The notes under the pieces were generated by a model. That model saw nothing but the letters and a program-made list of their open reading frames with translations, was not told the DNA's origin and did no database searches. A program made the translations under genes and the position numbers. A DNA stretch of 64,000 nt from assembly GCA_951406725.2 (NCBI GenBank), contig OX597826.1:19220001-19284000 (forward strand). Reading direction: 5' to 3'. Each line of letters starts with the position of its first letter. Position 1 is the first letter of the stretch. Positions 12,797 to 26,370 of the stretch are shown in pieces. The stretch is from Octopus vulgaris (taxonomy: Eukaryota).

Positions 12797-12992
12797 ATTA
12801 CGGAGATGTACCTGCATAGCAAGTGACCTTATCTGAGATCGTGTATTGAAGCAAAAACAACTGCAGCGTGGTAGGTATTTATAAGCCATTTAAAAACACA
12901 AAACCCGTTAGATACACTTCAACATTTAAATTTAATTTGCCAAAATACTTTCGTCGCTTTGAGGCCGCGACCTGATCACTGACAAAATTCCG
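12797..12992 (-). mobile_element. Short repeat element carrying a G3-C8 hammerhead variant; second copy at 45588-45773
   Basis: ttacggagat.tac.tgcatagcaagtgac.t..tctgagatcgtg..tttataagccattta shared by both copies. Confidence 0.7.
12936..12986 (-). ncRNA. Hammerhead-like motif with GUGAUCA core
   Basis: TTTGTCA-GTGATCA-G-GTCGC ggcctcaaa GCGAC-GAAA GTAT T T-TGGCAAA; 7-bp stem I, 5-bp stem II. Confidence 0.55.
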
Positions 12993-13475
12993 TATATATA
13001 CATGCACAAACATCCAGAGAGTCGCCATTAGCATGAATATGGACAATAAAGAGGAATTAATATATTCTAAACACTATATAAAGAAATTCTTAATGAGTGT
13101 ATCTTCTCTTCAACAGAGGGGTAAACGCAAAGGCCTTGTATCAGTAATGAGAAGTGAAAATGATCTCCAGAATAAAAAATTCTCTTGAATTGATATGCCA
13201 TTAAGGAAGGTCTCTCTGATTGTCTGCAGACAAAATGTCAGTTCCGGATAAGTTTTTCTGTTTCAGGAGGAAATTGACTCCAGCAGACGAGATACCTAGA
13301 CATATACAATAAGAATAGAAAACATTTATGATGTACAGTATTTTTCATAACTTAAACTTGGTTTTGTTTTTCGAATTTCTCATCATGAATCGTTCATTGT
13401 GATTTAGGCATCATGAGAGTATATATATGTATGGATATGTATGTATTTAAGTATGCATGCATGAATGTATGTATG

Positions 13476-13592
<117 letters not shown>

Positions 13593-13644
13593 ATGTATAT
13601 GTGTATGTGTATATATTTTGGCTAACCTAATGCTCTTATATATA

Positions 13645-13689
<45 letters not shown>

Positions 13690-15094
13690 AAGAGCATTGG
13701 GTTAGCCAAAATGTTTGTTCGTATATGTACTCGCTAGACATCTGACACAGTAACCTAATTCGATGGGAAACTTGCGACCATGAAAATAGAGAACCAAAAC
13801 ACACATTATTACAGGTATAAACCTGAACATGTAAGCTGGATAGAGTAACTGCAGATTTCTCAATAGTTCAGTATAGGTGTTCTCTTTTTCACTGATGTAA
13901 GTATGTATGCATGTATGTCAGTATTGTGTACGGATGGATGGATGGATGTAGGCAAATCAAAACTGAAAACAGGGAAAAGAACAAAAGTCAATTGGGCGTA
14001 CACAGTGAATATATTAGGTTGACGTCTAGTGAAAGTTTTAAATGGGGAAAATGGAAGTGACGTTTCGAGAGTGGCTTTTCGTCGACAAGAGTAAGAAGTC
14101 CGGAGAGGAGGGAAACGAGGAAGGTGTAGATAGTCCGACATAAGCACGATATCTACACACGCACGCACACCCATAATTTTGACGATTTGAAGAATTTGCA
14201 AATTGGTTTCTGTATTTTTGACTTTCGAATTTTTAAACAGAGAGGGGAGAGCAGAAAGAGAGAGGGAGGAAAGAAAAGAGAGAGAGGAAAGAAGAGAAAT
14301 AGGGAAGAAGAGAGAGAGGGAATGAAGGGAGGGAGGGGAAAGAAGGGAGAGAGGGGAAAGAAGAGAGAGAGGGGGAAAGAAGAGAGAGAGAGAAAAAGAG
14401 AAAGAAACGGAGTGAGTGAGAAACAGAAAGAGGGAGAGAGAGAGAGAGAGGGAGAAAGGAAGACAGAATTAATCGTCGAGGGACATAATTCCTACATAAA
14501 GCTGATATTTTTTCCCTGGCACCACCTTAAATTGAGGTTTTACTGATTCTTTATGAAATGTTCGAAGTTAAGGATTTCTATATCCGTCTCTGTGTGTCTG
14601 TCTGCTTCTCTCTCCCTCTCAGTTTCTCGATCCCTCCCCTTCTTTCTCTCCCCCTCTTTCTGTTATTCACTCGCTTTCCCTCTCTTTTTATACGAGTAGC
14701 AGTTTGATTAGTTACGCTTCGCTGATCACAAAACTTTTAGTGATTTAAAAGGAAATATTGAGAATAGATTAGGAAGAAGCAGGAAAAAAGATTGAAGGAG
14801 TCAAAGAAATACCACGAACGCTCACGTTCTAAATAAATAAAGATCCCAACATCAAGATCTGCACCCGCTTCATCTAATCAACCAATCAAAATTAAAGCAC
14901 AGTCCTCCTGGGAGTCAGAACCCCCCCAAATAACAGAGACTGATCGATAACATTTATCTCTGATAATTTCTTTAGAAGGCTTATTTTCAACATCCGTGCT
15001 CGTGGTTTCACCCTCCCCTCCACCGTTTACAATGACCTTTTACTGACCTTACCATAACATTTTCTTTTAACTGTAAATTTTTTTTTGTTTATCT

Positions 15095-15802
15095 TTTATC
15101 TTTTACTTGTTTCAGTCATTAGCTTGCGACCATGCTGGGGCACCGCCTTGAATTTTTAGTCGAATGAATCGACCCCAGTACTTATTTTTAAGCCATACCA
15201 ACACCGGTTGTCAAGCGGTAATTGGGAACACACACACACATATATATATATATATTTTTCTTTACTTGTTTCAGTCATTTGACTGCGGCCATGCTGGAGC
15301 ACCGCCTTTAATCGAGCAACTCGACCCCGGGACTTATTCTTTGTAAGCCCAGTACTTATTCTATCGGTCTCTTTTGCCGAACTGCTAAGTGACGGGGACG
15401 TAAACACACCAGCATCGGTTGTCAAGCAATGCTAGGGGGACAAACACAGACACACAAACACACACACACATATATATATACATATATACGACAGGCTTCT
15501 TTCAGTTTCCGTCTACCAAATCCACTCACAAGGCTTTGGTCGGCCCGAGGCTATAGTAGAAGACACTTGCCCAAGGTGCCACGCAGTGGGACTGAACCCG
15601 GAACCATGTGGTTGGTAAACAAGCTACTTACCACACAGCCACTCCTGCGCCTATATATATATATATATATATACGATAAGCTTCTTTCTACCAAATCCAC
15701 TCACAAGGCTTTGGTCGGCTATAGAAGACATTTGTCCAAGGTACCGAACCCGGAACCATGTGATTGGGAAGCAAGCTTTTTGCCACACACCCACTCCTGC
15801 GC
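15095..15802 (-). mobile_element. Cluster of SINE family A copies (near full-length copy 15259-15652)
   Basis: tRNA-like head ggcgcaggagtggctgtgtggtaag..ggttccgggttcagtccc, internal (TA)/(TG) tract, tail gactgaaacaagtaaaga; partial copies on both sides. Confidence 0.9.
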
Positions 15803-15888
15803 AATTTTTTTTTCACAGTTAGTTTTTCATATACACTATTTACATTATTTACATTTGACGTATATTTGTCCTCATCTTGATTGTTGTT

Positions 15889-15934
15889 GACACAACGTTT
15901 CGCCTGATATACCCTCCAGCCTTCATCAGGTGTC
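15889..15934 (-). ncRNA. Minimal type-I hammerhead motif
   Basis: GACAC-CTGATGA-AGGCTG gagggtatat CAGGC-GAAACGT T-GTGTC; 5-bp stem I. Confidence 0.7.
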
Positions 15935-15997
15935 TTGGGCATATTTCGAACTTGGGTTCTCGTTCCTAAGGTAGTTTTCGATGTACTTATTATTATT

Positions 15998-16030
<33 letters not shown>

Positions 16031-16441
16031 ATTATAAGTGGTCCTAAGTGGTCAATCAATATGTTAGAACCAGCAGCTAATTCTCTTTAATTCTCTCACA
16101 CCCAACGATCTTATACAAGGACGCACTATAATAAAGTGGGATCAATCATCGTTCGAAAGTCTTTGATCATAAATCTGCTCGATCAGGCTTGATTTGGAGT
16201 TAACCAATAACTACCTAAGAACGCAAAGAGCCGGGACAAAAACGCAATTCTAGCAATTTACTATCTCAATTTTTTTCGATATAGAATGTCATGGGGCTTT
16301 TTTTAAAGATGCCAGTGTGATATTTGAAAACAATGAATCGAGAACCTCAAGTAACTTATCCTTAGTAAAATTTTTATGGGGTTTACAAACAGCACCGCAC
16401 GCAGGTTAATGCATTACAACTATTTTTTTCCAAGTTGATGG

Positions 16442-17300
16442 TCAAGCCAAAATCATCACAAGCTGAGTTAAATGCAGATACAAGAGATTGCAGATCTGTT
16501 TCAGAATGACTGACAGAAGATCCCTAATGAGTGAAGCAAAAACCTTCGTTTTGAATTTCAGTCTGGTCAGATTGAAAACATTCCTCGGAGTTTTGAAAAG
16601 CATGTAACAACACAACAGCAAAGTATATTGCAAATGGGATGGGTGCATCAAGATCTCCTTGTTTTACTCCATTTTTCCACGGCGAAAGATTCAGAGAGCC
16701 CACCACCAAAGTTAACTCTAGCTTTCATATCTTGATGCTAAGCCCTGATTATCCTTACAAATTTTTCAGAGCAACCTATTTTCCTTAGAATTAGTCACAG
16801 AGTATTTCGATTAACAGTATCGAATGCTTTGCTCAAATCAGCAAAGCAATGGTACAGAGCAAGATTTTGTTCAATGCACTTTTCTTGTAATTGTCTGATA
16901 GTAAAGATGCAATCAGCTGTGCCCCTGGAGGAACGAAAACCACACTGAGACTCAGCCACTATATTTGGAACTATGAAGGCATTTAAACTTTCTAATAAAA
17001 TGCGGGCAAGTACCTTTCCAACCACAGACAAAAGCAAAATCCCACGAAAATTACCGCACAGATCCTTTGGCCCTGATTTATACAAGGAGACTAAAATGGC
17101 ATCAATCCAGTCTTGAGGCACTTTCTCAGTTCTCCAACAGTGACAAATTCATAATATAATTCAAACATTTTGTCACCCCCATATTTCAGGACTTCTGCAC
17201 AGATTCCATCAGACACTGGAGACTTATTGTTATTCAGCTGATTCACAAATAAATAAATGTCGTTTAGAGTTGGTTCTATAATTGGAAGGTGTTCGATTTT
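16442..17300 (-). mobile_element. RTE-clade LINE RT relic
   Basis: KSPVSDGICAEVLKYGG, PQDWIDAILVSLYK..NFRGI.LLSVVGKV, ESQCGFR..RGT.D.IFTIRQLQEKC.EQ, DLSKAFDTV, GVKQG. Confidence 0.92.
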
Positions 17301-20300
17301 TTTACAAATATAGGCGTACATACATATGCATATGTGTGTGTGAGTGTGTGTGTGATTCGTGTGTATATATGTGCATGTACATGTGTACACGTTGATATCA
17401 GCTGAGATAGATATATCTATAACACTCAATTGCTTAATAGACAGAGACGTGAAATAATAAAACGTGATAGTATTGGAGAGAAATGCGACAATCTGCTGCT
17501 GGAAGGACAGTGTGTGTGTGTGTGTATTTGAATGTGTGCAACACAAACTCATTTTTAAAATAGGACAAAACTAAAATAAGACTCCATGTGTTGAGAATCT
17601 TTCCCTACCTCATTCTTCAGTTTGATCTAAAATATCCTCAATGTTTCTCTCCATGTGTTTATGTGTGTCTCGTCGGTTGACGATTTATCTTTATCATTCT
17701 CGCAATCTTTTCTGCATATTTAGGCAGTTAAACAAGGTTTTTATCGTGACCCTATTGCCAGGAAGCGAATTTCCAGGCGTATTGGTAGAAATGTGATACA
17801 AATCGATCCGAAAGCCCATTCTTCGATGAAATAATAGTGTGAATAATCAACTTGTTTTAAATTCACAAATATGAAATGATATTGGATCTTATAATAATTA
17901 ATAAAATACAGAAGAGAACAATACAGAAGCTTGTGCTTGTACATTAATAGAGATTTATCTGTTTGCGCTGTTACTTTTGAACATGACACCTCAGGCGGAA
18001 TGTCACGAACATACATATCCATTACGTTTAGTTTCAATTATCTTATTAAATAAATAACAAACAAAATCTCTTCATATCTTAAAAAGATAAATCATATTGC
18101 CTTTGATTAGGTGATGGTGGTTGGTATCCACGTGCATAGCAATCTGGATGGGTGTGTGTGTGTGGGGGGGTGTATGTTTTTGAGGAGGCAGGCGTTGATG
18201 ACAGTGACACGGCCAGAGGAGTGTAAAAGAGAAAATCACAATCGGAGAACTTTTAAGACCAATCACGACTCATGAATGAAACGGCTGATATTTATTGGGC
18301 TATTAAAAGACAGAGAAAATCTAGTCACAGACTTGTTTTGTATTATCTTGTTTTCGGTGACGTCTCTACCACACGTGTCAGATAAGACAGAGATAGAAGT
18401 ACGTACGTACATATGTGCGTATACACACACACACACACGCACACATACACATACACACGCAAACACACACACATACACACACATATGGGTGAATATTTTC
18501 ACGTTTGTGAATATGTGAAAGTGTAGTATAAATTTTTAGCTTTTTTCTTTCTCCCCCTAACATACACAAATATATTCTTACGCCTACGCACACACAAACA
18601 CGCAAACATATTAATATATGCACAGTGCACGGTAAATCAATTTTCATCATTTATGCTTTTTGCCCATTAATCACAATAATCACAAAATATTAATTATTAT
18701 ACTTAATATGCATCTTAATTAGCAGAATTAATTAAAACTCAGTCTAGCTAAGTGTTTGCTGGTGAGTGTGTGTGTTTTCCAAATGTCGGTGCAACGAATT
18801 ATTTGCTGAGATTTTTCTGGGTATGGTTTAGCCATTAATTTTTTACGGCTAACAATTCCAGTGCTGTTATCGTAAACTCAACATTTCAGTCGATATTTTT
18901 CTATTTGCAATTCTTTTCCATCAACATTAATGAACACCGATGTAATAAAAAGGGATCTGGCAGTAGGACATATTTGCTATGGTAGTTTGCTAAAGTTAAA
19001 GTAACACATCCCTGACGAAAATTGTTACAGATAAAACTAAAACATCAATTTTTGAATGAGTCAAATTCAAAGCAACTTCGCAACCAAATTATAGACTAAT
19101 ATCTAGTTCTTATGCAATTTCATATTAATCGGTGGATTCGTTTAATTTTAGTTACTTTTGGTTTGGTATAGAGGAAGAAGCTGTGCCCTTAGCTATCTCA
19201 AACTCTCGGAGGCCCTTAGACTGATGTGATTCATGCATAAATATCTGGAATATTTGCTAGTATAATAATTGCAATAATCTGCAAGGGAAAAGGAAACACG
19301 TGAGCAGGACGTCGAATGGACGTCGAACGTTGTGAGAAGAAAGTGTTTGATGTGGTGGTGAGTTTTGGAAGATGGTAACAATACAAGTAACGAGAGGAGG
19401 AGGAGGATAGACGAGTAAATCGAGAGTTGTTGGGAGGGGCGGGGAGTGACACAAGACTTACTCTGACCAGCAGTAGCAGCAGGTGCCACCTAAAGTTGCT
19501 TATTAGGGCTCGGATTACTGTTTGTTTTCAAAATAGTATTGAGGTCAAGGTTAAGTTCAGGATAGGATTAAAGCTAGGGTTAAATTATTTTTCACTAAAC
19601 TGTGATCCTCTAGTGTGTGTGTGTGTGTGTGGGCGGTTATAGTGGCGGAGAGAGGAGGCAATACGTTTGTGGACGAGACAGAACCTGGTGTGTGTTGCTA
19701 CGAACAGCTTCGTGTTAGTCGGTTGGACAGTGTGTGCACCCGAGCATGATATATGATGTCTTAACTAAGTTTCGGGGAGAGTTAATAAATGTTGAGGACT
19801 GAAGGATTTTCTGGTCATGCTGAAGACGTGTGATCGCCTGGAGAGATATGTAACGACCCTAAGGTTTCTAAATGTCCATGTTTATGGCAACTGGTGCCCA
19901 GTGTACCCATCTTTACATCTCTCCTTATCCCTGTTGTCTTCCACTTTCCTAAATATTTCACTCAATCCTATATCCATGCAACTGCAATCTTTCCGTTAAC
20001 CCATCTCTAGCTTCCGAGTAGGGGCGAATGCAAATAAAGTGAAGGCGAAAGAAAAATTACAGAAAAATGACATTCTTTTATGTAAATGAAATAATAGGTT
20101 AATTTAATATTCAAGTTGCTTATTAGGGTTGCAGTTAAGGTTAGAAATCTAGTAATAATTACAGATAGGATCAGAGTTAAGATGACTTTTGAGTCAAGTT
20201 ACGATTAGCATTAAGTATAAGGTTCGGGATTGGGTTAAATAATTTTTCACTAAATTATGATCCTCCAATATGCGCGCATGCGCGTGTGCATATATATGCG

Positions 20301-20783
20301 TGTGTGTCTGTGTGTCTATTGTAACTTTTTTTCCGGCATTTTCAACATCTATCAGCAGCACTTGAACATCGAATGTCTCCTCACTGGTTCAAATTAAAAA
20401 AAAAAAACTTGCTGTAACTTCTAATTTCACACTAATATCTTTTTCTCTTTTCTGTTTATTTTTTGTTTTGTTTTCTGTGTTATCATTCATGCTAATAGCT
20501 TTCTATAACATATCAATCAGCATCATACTCTATACTACATTTACAATGTATTTACTATAACCAGCTCGACCAATCCTCATAAATACGTACGGATGGGTGG
20601 ACTGGTGGAAGTTGCGCGGTCATGGCATAGCTTATTTCATTCACATTGTCAGCGAGATGACACGAACCATCGATCTCCCATCGTTAGACCAATACTAAAC
20701 CAATTCCACCCCCACCTCCTCTTTCTGTACTCCGCTGCAACAACGATCGCATTTTATAAGAAACTATATATCATTATGTTACA

Positions 20784-21247
20784 CTTCTTCTTCTTCTTCT
20801 TCTTCTTCTTCTCCTTCTCCTTCTCCTTCTTCTTCTTCTTCTTCTTCTTCTTCTTCGTCTTCTTCTTCTTCGTCTTCTCCTTCTTCTTCTTCTTCTTCTC
20901 CTTCTCCTCCTCCTCCTCCTCCTTCTTCTTCTTCTTTTCCTTCTTCTTCTTCTTCTTCTCATTCTCCTTCTTCTTCTTCTTCTTCTTCTTCTTCTTCTTC
21001 TTCTTCTCCTCCTCCTCCTCCTCCTCCTTCTTCTTCTTCTTCTTCTCCTTCTCCTTCTTCTCCTTCTTCTTCTTCTTCTTCTCCTTCTTCTTCTTCTCCT
21101 CCTCCTTCTTCTTCTCCTCCTCCTCCTTCTTCTTCTTCTTCTTCTTCTTCTTCTTCTTCTTCTTCTTCTTCTTCTTCTTCTTCTTCTTCTTCTTCTTCTT
21201 CTTCTTCTTCTCCTCCTCCTCCTCCTCCTCCTCCTCCTCCTCCTCCT
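20784..21247. repeat. (TTC)n/(TCC)n polypyrimidine tract
   Basis: ~460 nt of almost only C/T triplets. Confidence 0.95.
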
Positions 21248-21629
21248 GTCTACGTCTGTGTGGTGCAACGTTGTCTGTGTGAGAGGTATGACCTGATTAT
21301 ATAGTCTCGGGTGTCTGCTAGTGTTATACAGTTTCGACTCTCTCGGTTGGCGTGTCAACCTACATTGGAAAGGGCTGTCTGCATTTCTGAGACACTTTCT
21401 TTCTTGGAAGTTTAGCTGACATCCCCCACCCCCAGCACAAATGCTCACACTCACACGCACTAATAAATATGTACACACAAAAACACATTCACAGACATAT
21501 AAATGTTTGTATATGTCTATCTCTCCCTCACCCTCTCTCCCTCTCTCTGTGTACGTGTGTGTGTATGAGTATGTTTGTATATGTGTGTATGTATTATATG
21601 CATACATGCACATATATGTATACATATAC

Positions 21630-21700
<71 letters not shown>

Positions 21701-21703
21701 CAT

Positions 21704-21735
<32 letters not shown>

Positions 21736-22905
21736 GTATGTATTTATATAAATGTATGTATACGTTTGTATATGCCTAAAATATATGTGCGTGTGTAGTT
21801 GCATATAAAAATACACCGGTATACATAAAAACGCTCAGACATATGTGATTACACACAAATACACACACACATGTATGTGTGTATGTATATATATGTATGC
21901 ATGTGTAAAGGTGTGTGTGCGTGCGTGCATGCGCGCGTTGGTGTGCAAATAAATGTGTATATTAGTTCACAACCAGTTGTGTATGTGTATAAACACACTG
22001 ACAGGTGCATGTAAGTACTCGTACTGAAAATAGACATATATACATAGATCTATCTATACGGAATGTCTATATTGCTGTTCCTAATATTGCTGTTTACTAT
22101 TGGTGTTGTTGTTGTTTTTGCTGTTACTAAGTTTGTTGTTGTTTTTATAGTTGTTGCTCCTAATTTGCTGCCGCTACACCAGTTGTTGTTTCTACTAAAG
22201 CTGTGCTGCGCCTGTTGTTGTTGTTGTTGTTAAAGTTGCTACACTGGTCTTGTTTATTAATTTATTTTGTACTTTCCTTCCTTCCTTCCTTCCTTCCTTC
22301 TTTCCTTCCTTCCCTCCATTCTTTCTGCTCTCCCTTTTCTTTCCTTCTGTTTCTTGTTTCTTTCTTCTTCCTTTCTTTCTTTTTCTCTTTCTTTATCTTT
22401 TCTTCCTCTACTCTGTGTTCACAAGTTCCATACCACTAACAGCACCACCACCACCACCACTACACCATTTCTACACACAACATTCACACCACTGTCACCA
22501 CCACCAAAAATACCCATACACCTCCCAGTACTACATATATCACCACCACTATTAACACTACTACCAGAACTATATCATCAACCACCACCACCACCACCAC
22601 CACCACAAACAACGCCATCATTGCCCCCACCCCAGCCCACCCCGCATAAATGTGCAACAGTGGTATGTTCTTAGTTTCTTATAAAACTACCAGTAAAGCC
22701 CAACAGTCTGCGGTTTACTAAAGAAGTGTAGTGGTAGCGGTGGTAGTGGTGGTGGAGTTCGTTGTAACGCTTGTGATATCGTGTTGATAGTGGTATCGGT
22801 TGTGATATGGTGTTGGTAGTGGTAATGGGGACGCTGGGAGTTGTATGGCGTTGGTGGTAGTCGTAGTGATACTGATGGTGATATGTTTCGGTAGCGCTGC
22901 TAGTG

Positions 22906-22959
<54 letters not shown>

Positions 22960-23040
22960 ATACTAGAGAGACATGTGTGAAGTAAGTTTTCGCATAAGGC
23001 TGAAGGTTCATTCATTATGGAACGGTTTCTTGTTTTGCAG

Positions 23041-23083
23041 GATTTCCTTTCCCGAGTTTCTACATGCCATCTACAATAAATAA
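23041..23083 (+). CDS. Candidate last coding exon of an EF-hand Ca2+-binding protein
   Basis: Acceptor tttcttgttttgcag, then g ATT TCC TTT CCC GAG TTT CTA CAT GCC ATC TAC AAT AAA TAA = ISFPEFLHAIYNK*; upstream exon not found. Confidence 0.35.
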
Positions 23084-23169
23084 AGACTGCACTGATGGAA
23101 GCTGCTGCTTTTATTTGCCGGAGACAATACAGTCCTTTCATTCATTCATTCATTCATTTAGTCCATTTT

Positions 23170-23225
<56 letters not shown>

Positions 23226-23382
23226 TTTCAACCATCTCTACTTTCCAACATTGTTCATTCATTACGAAAACCTAATCATACATACATACTACTTATATGC
23301 TCGTATACCAATCAGTATATATGAACTTGATGCTCCTTCCTTTTTACTCTCACTCCCTCATATTGACACACACACACATATA

Positions 23383-24070
23383 TTAGGTTCGGTCAAAAAA
23401 GTATGCGACTTAATTTTTTCCCGCCAAAACAAACTGCGTGGGAAGAATCATTTGGGTGGAAGATTCATGGCCGGTCGGCCGCGTCAATCCCCAACTGTTC
23501 CGTACAGAATACAAACGTGTACTGAGCGCTCTTCCGATGACCGAACGCATCGAGGAGAGACTATAAACCCATGTCTCGTCACCAGTGATGTTGGTCTTCT
23601 CGAAGTCTGGATCATGGTTTGTACAGCCCAGCATGTACTGAACGATTTCCATGTGCAGTTGCTTCTGCTGCTCCGCTAGCACATTGGAGAATTTCGCCGA
23701 CACTCTCCGAATGCACTAAACCTGTGCTTATTCTCACTTCGTGAGCAATTTCCTGCATTGTTACAAAACTATTTGTCGAACCTTCTCAATCGGCTCCCCG
23801 TTTCTGCTTGTGTATGGCCTGCCTGAGCGTACCTTGATCTTCATCGAGACACGATCATACTTGAAGCGGTTGTACCACTCCTTGATCTGAGCTTTGTCCA
23901 TGGCATTTTCGCCAAAGGCCTGCTGAATCTTCTGGATGGTTTGAGTTTGAATCTCACCGAACTTTTGGCAAAATTTTGGGCCATATCTCACGAGTGCGCA
24001 ATACACGTCTGTACATTATCGGACTTGGTCCCAGTTGTCACAACGTAATTGCTTTTACTTTTCCACAAGC
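23383..24070 (-). mobile_element. Mariner transposase relic
   Basis: KFCQKFG..TIQKIQQAFGE.AM..IKEWYNRFK..RSGRP.TS, and DPDF..ITGDETWVY. Confidence 0.9.
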
Positions 24071-24166
24071 GAGAATAATTTCAATAAATCTAGAATTTAT
24101 CTTCAATGGTATTAATAAATGTTATTTATATATACACAATATGTGTGTTTTATATACACATACGTA

Positions 24167-24280
24167 TAGGCGTAGGAGCGGCTGTGTGGTAAGAAGCCTT
24201 CTTCCCAACCACACGGTTCCGGGTTCAGTGTCTTCTACTATAGCCGCGGGCCGACCAAAGCCCGTCGTATACATATGTGT

Positions 24281-24324
<44 letters not shown>

Positions 24325-24378
24325 GTGTGTGTGTGCAGTCAAATGATTGAAACAAGTAAAAGATAGAATAAAAGAATA
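24167..24378 (+). mobile_element. SINE family A, internally deleted
   Basis: aggcgtaggagcggctgtgtggtaagaagc head, gcagtcaaatgattgaaacaagtaaaaga tail. Confidence 0.8.
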
Positions 24379-24497
24379 CATACACACACACACACACATA
24401 CAAACACACATATACACGCATACACAAATACATATACGTATATATGTGTGTGCATATAGGCTAGTAAGTATTATGATTGGAACTATGCAACTGAATA

Positions 24498-24547
<50 letters not shown>

Positions 24548-25219
24548 TCATTATAAGAGCGCATCTCTCCTGGCAAACGCACATGCTGAATATAGCCAGG
24601 ACTGCATCTAAACAGACTGTAGCAGTTTAATTTGATGTAACGCAATGTTTAATGCACCCTGGTTTCCTAACCATGTACTGATGAGGCCCAACTAGGTTGA
24701 AATATCAGCTATTTATGAATGCTGTATGCTCTATGATTAAAAGAAACATTAAAAGAAAGGAAACTTAATCTAATAAATGCATAATGATTTTTCGTTTTCA
24801 CTAACGAGGAAAAAATGAATAATACTAGGGATTCTGGCAAGGCAAACCTCTCCTTCACCAAACAAGCGAACAACCAATAAAAACAGTGATATGAATAAAT
24901 ATTTATAGATGCATATCTGAAGATATGTGTGTGTGTATGTGTGTGTGTGTACACGCGCGTATCAATATACATACTTACATGTATGTGTATATATTTATTT
25001 ATATATATATATAAAGCGAGAGAGAGAGGGAGAGAGAGAGAGAGAGCGAGAGAGAGATATAAATAGATAGATATAAACAACTTCCCATAGACACGTGTAT
25101 GTATGCAAGTATGTTTACGCGCGCGCGCACACACACACACAAACTCACATACATACATATGTATATATATATATGTATTTATATGTATGTATATATATGT
25201 GTGTGTATGTGTGTATGTA

Positions 25220-25259
<40 letters not shown>

Positions 25260-25754
25260 CACACATACACTTTTACACTTTTACTTGTTTCGGTCATTTT
25301 GACTGTGGCCATGCTGGAGCAATGCATACATACACACACATATATATATATATGAAAAGTTATTAATTTATCTTCAATGGTATTAATACATGTTATTTAT
25401 ATATACACTATATGTGTTTTATATACACATACGTATAGGCGTAGGAGCGGCTGTGTGGTAAGAAGCTTTCTTCCCAACCACACGGTTCCGGGTTCAGTTT
25501 CATTGCGTGGAACTTTGGGCAAGTGTCTTCTACTATAGCCGAAATTAGTTTTGTAAGTATATTTAAATTTACAGTTTATCACTCAAGTATGAGAAGTTGC
25601 CAATGTCTGTACGCGACACCCAAAGCAAGTGGCGAAAGCATGGTACATGCTACCGAGTAATACTTGCTTGCGGGTGACTGTTAAAGCTTTGATGATATGT
25701 GTGTGTGTGTGTGTGTGTGTGCCTACATACATGCACACATATATCTACTACATA

Positions 25755-26333
25755 TGTGGGAAATTCTGTCTATGGGTATGTTTGTTTGCAGAGTTGTTAG
25801 CTAACTCTTCTTACATCGACCCCAGGATTTATCGATAAAAATCGATCTTGATGAAACTTGACACGTGACTAGAAGTCATATCTAGAAACCTCATGGCATA
25901 CTCAGATTGTGGAAAAAACTCGATAAAAACAAATCAGCGGCCAATTGAACAAATCAATAGGAGCTTTGAATAGGAATTTCCATAAGGAAGATATTTTTTT
26001 ACAATAACTTTTGCATGTCTCAACCGATTCGCTTCAAATTAGAGATAAAGGTGGAAAATGCTACAAGGATGACTATTAAGTAAAAATATTTTACTTAGGC
26101 TGGAAGGGGAGGACAAAAAACATCACAAAAACGATTTTTCAATTTGATCACAGCTTTTTATTCGCTCAATAACTTTTGCATTTAACACCCGATTCACTTC
26201 AAATTTCATTTGCAGATAGATTAAGTGCTAATGAGTGTATGAAGCGAAAAGTTTTTTCCACAACCGTTTCGTCGCCTTAGTTCTCCTTCAACCATTTCGT
26301 CGCCTCTGTTCTCCTTCAATCATTTCGTCGCCA

Positions 26334-26370
<37 letters not shown>

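Noticed and set aside
14042-14143. Short ORF MGKMEVTFREWL.. resembling an EF-hand
   Set aside because: Preceded by an in-frame stop and lacks the acidic loop; the opposite strand looks like a degenerate cgacgaa..ctcgaaacgtc repeat motif
20593-21721. Long poly-Phe/Ser and poly-Arg ORFs
   Set aside because: Translations of the (TTC)n tract; the same applies to all YIYI, HTHT and CVCV ORFs from (TA)n and (CA)n
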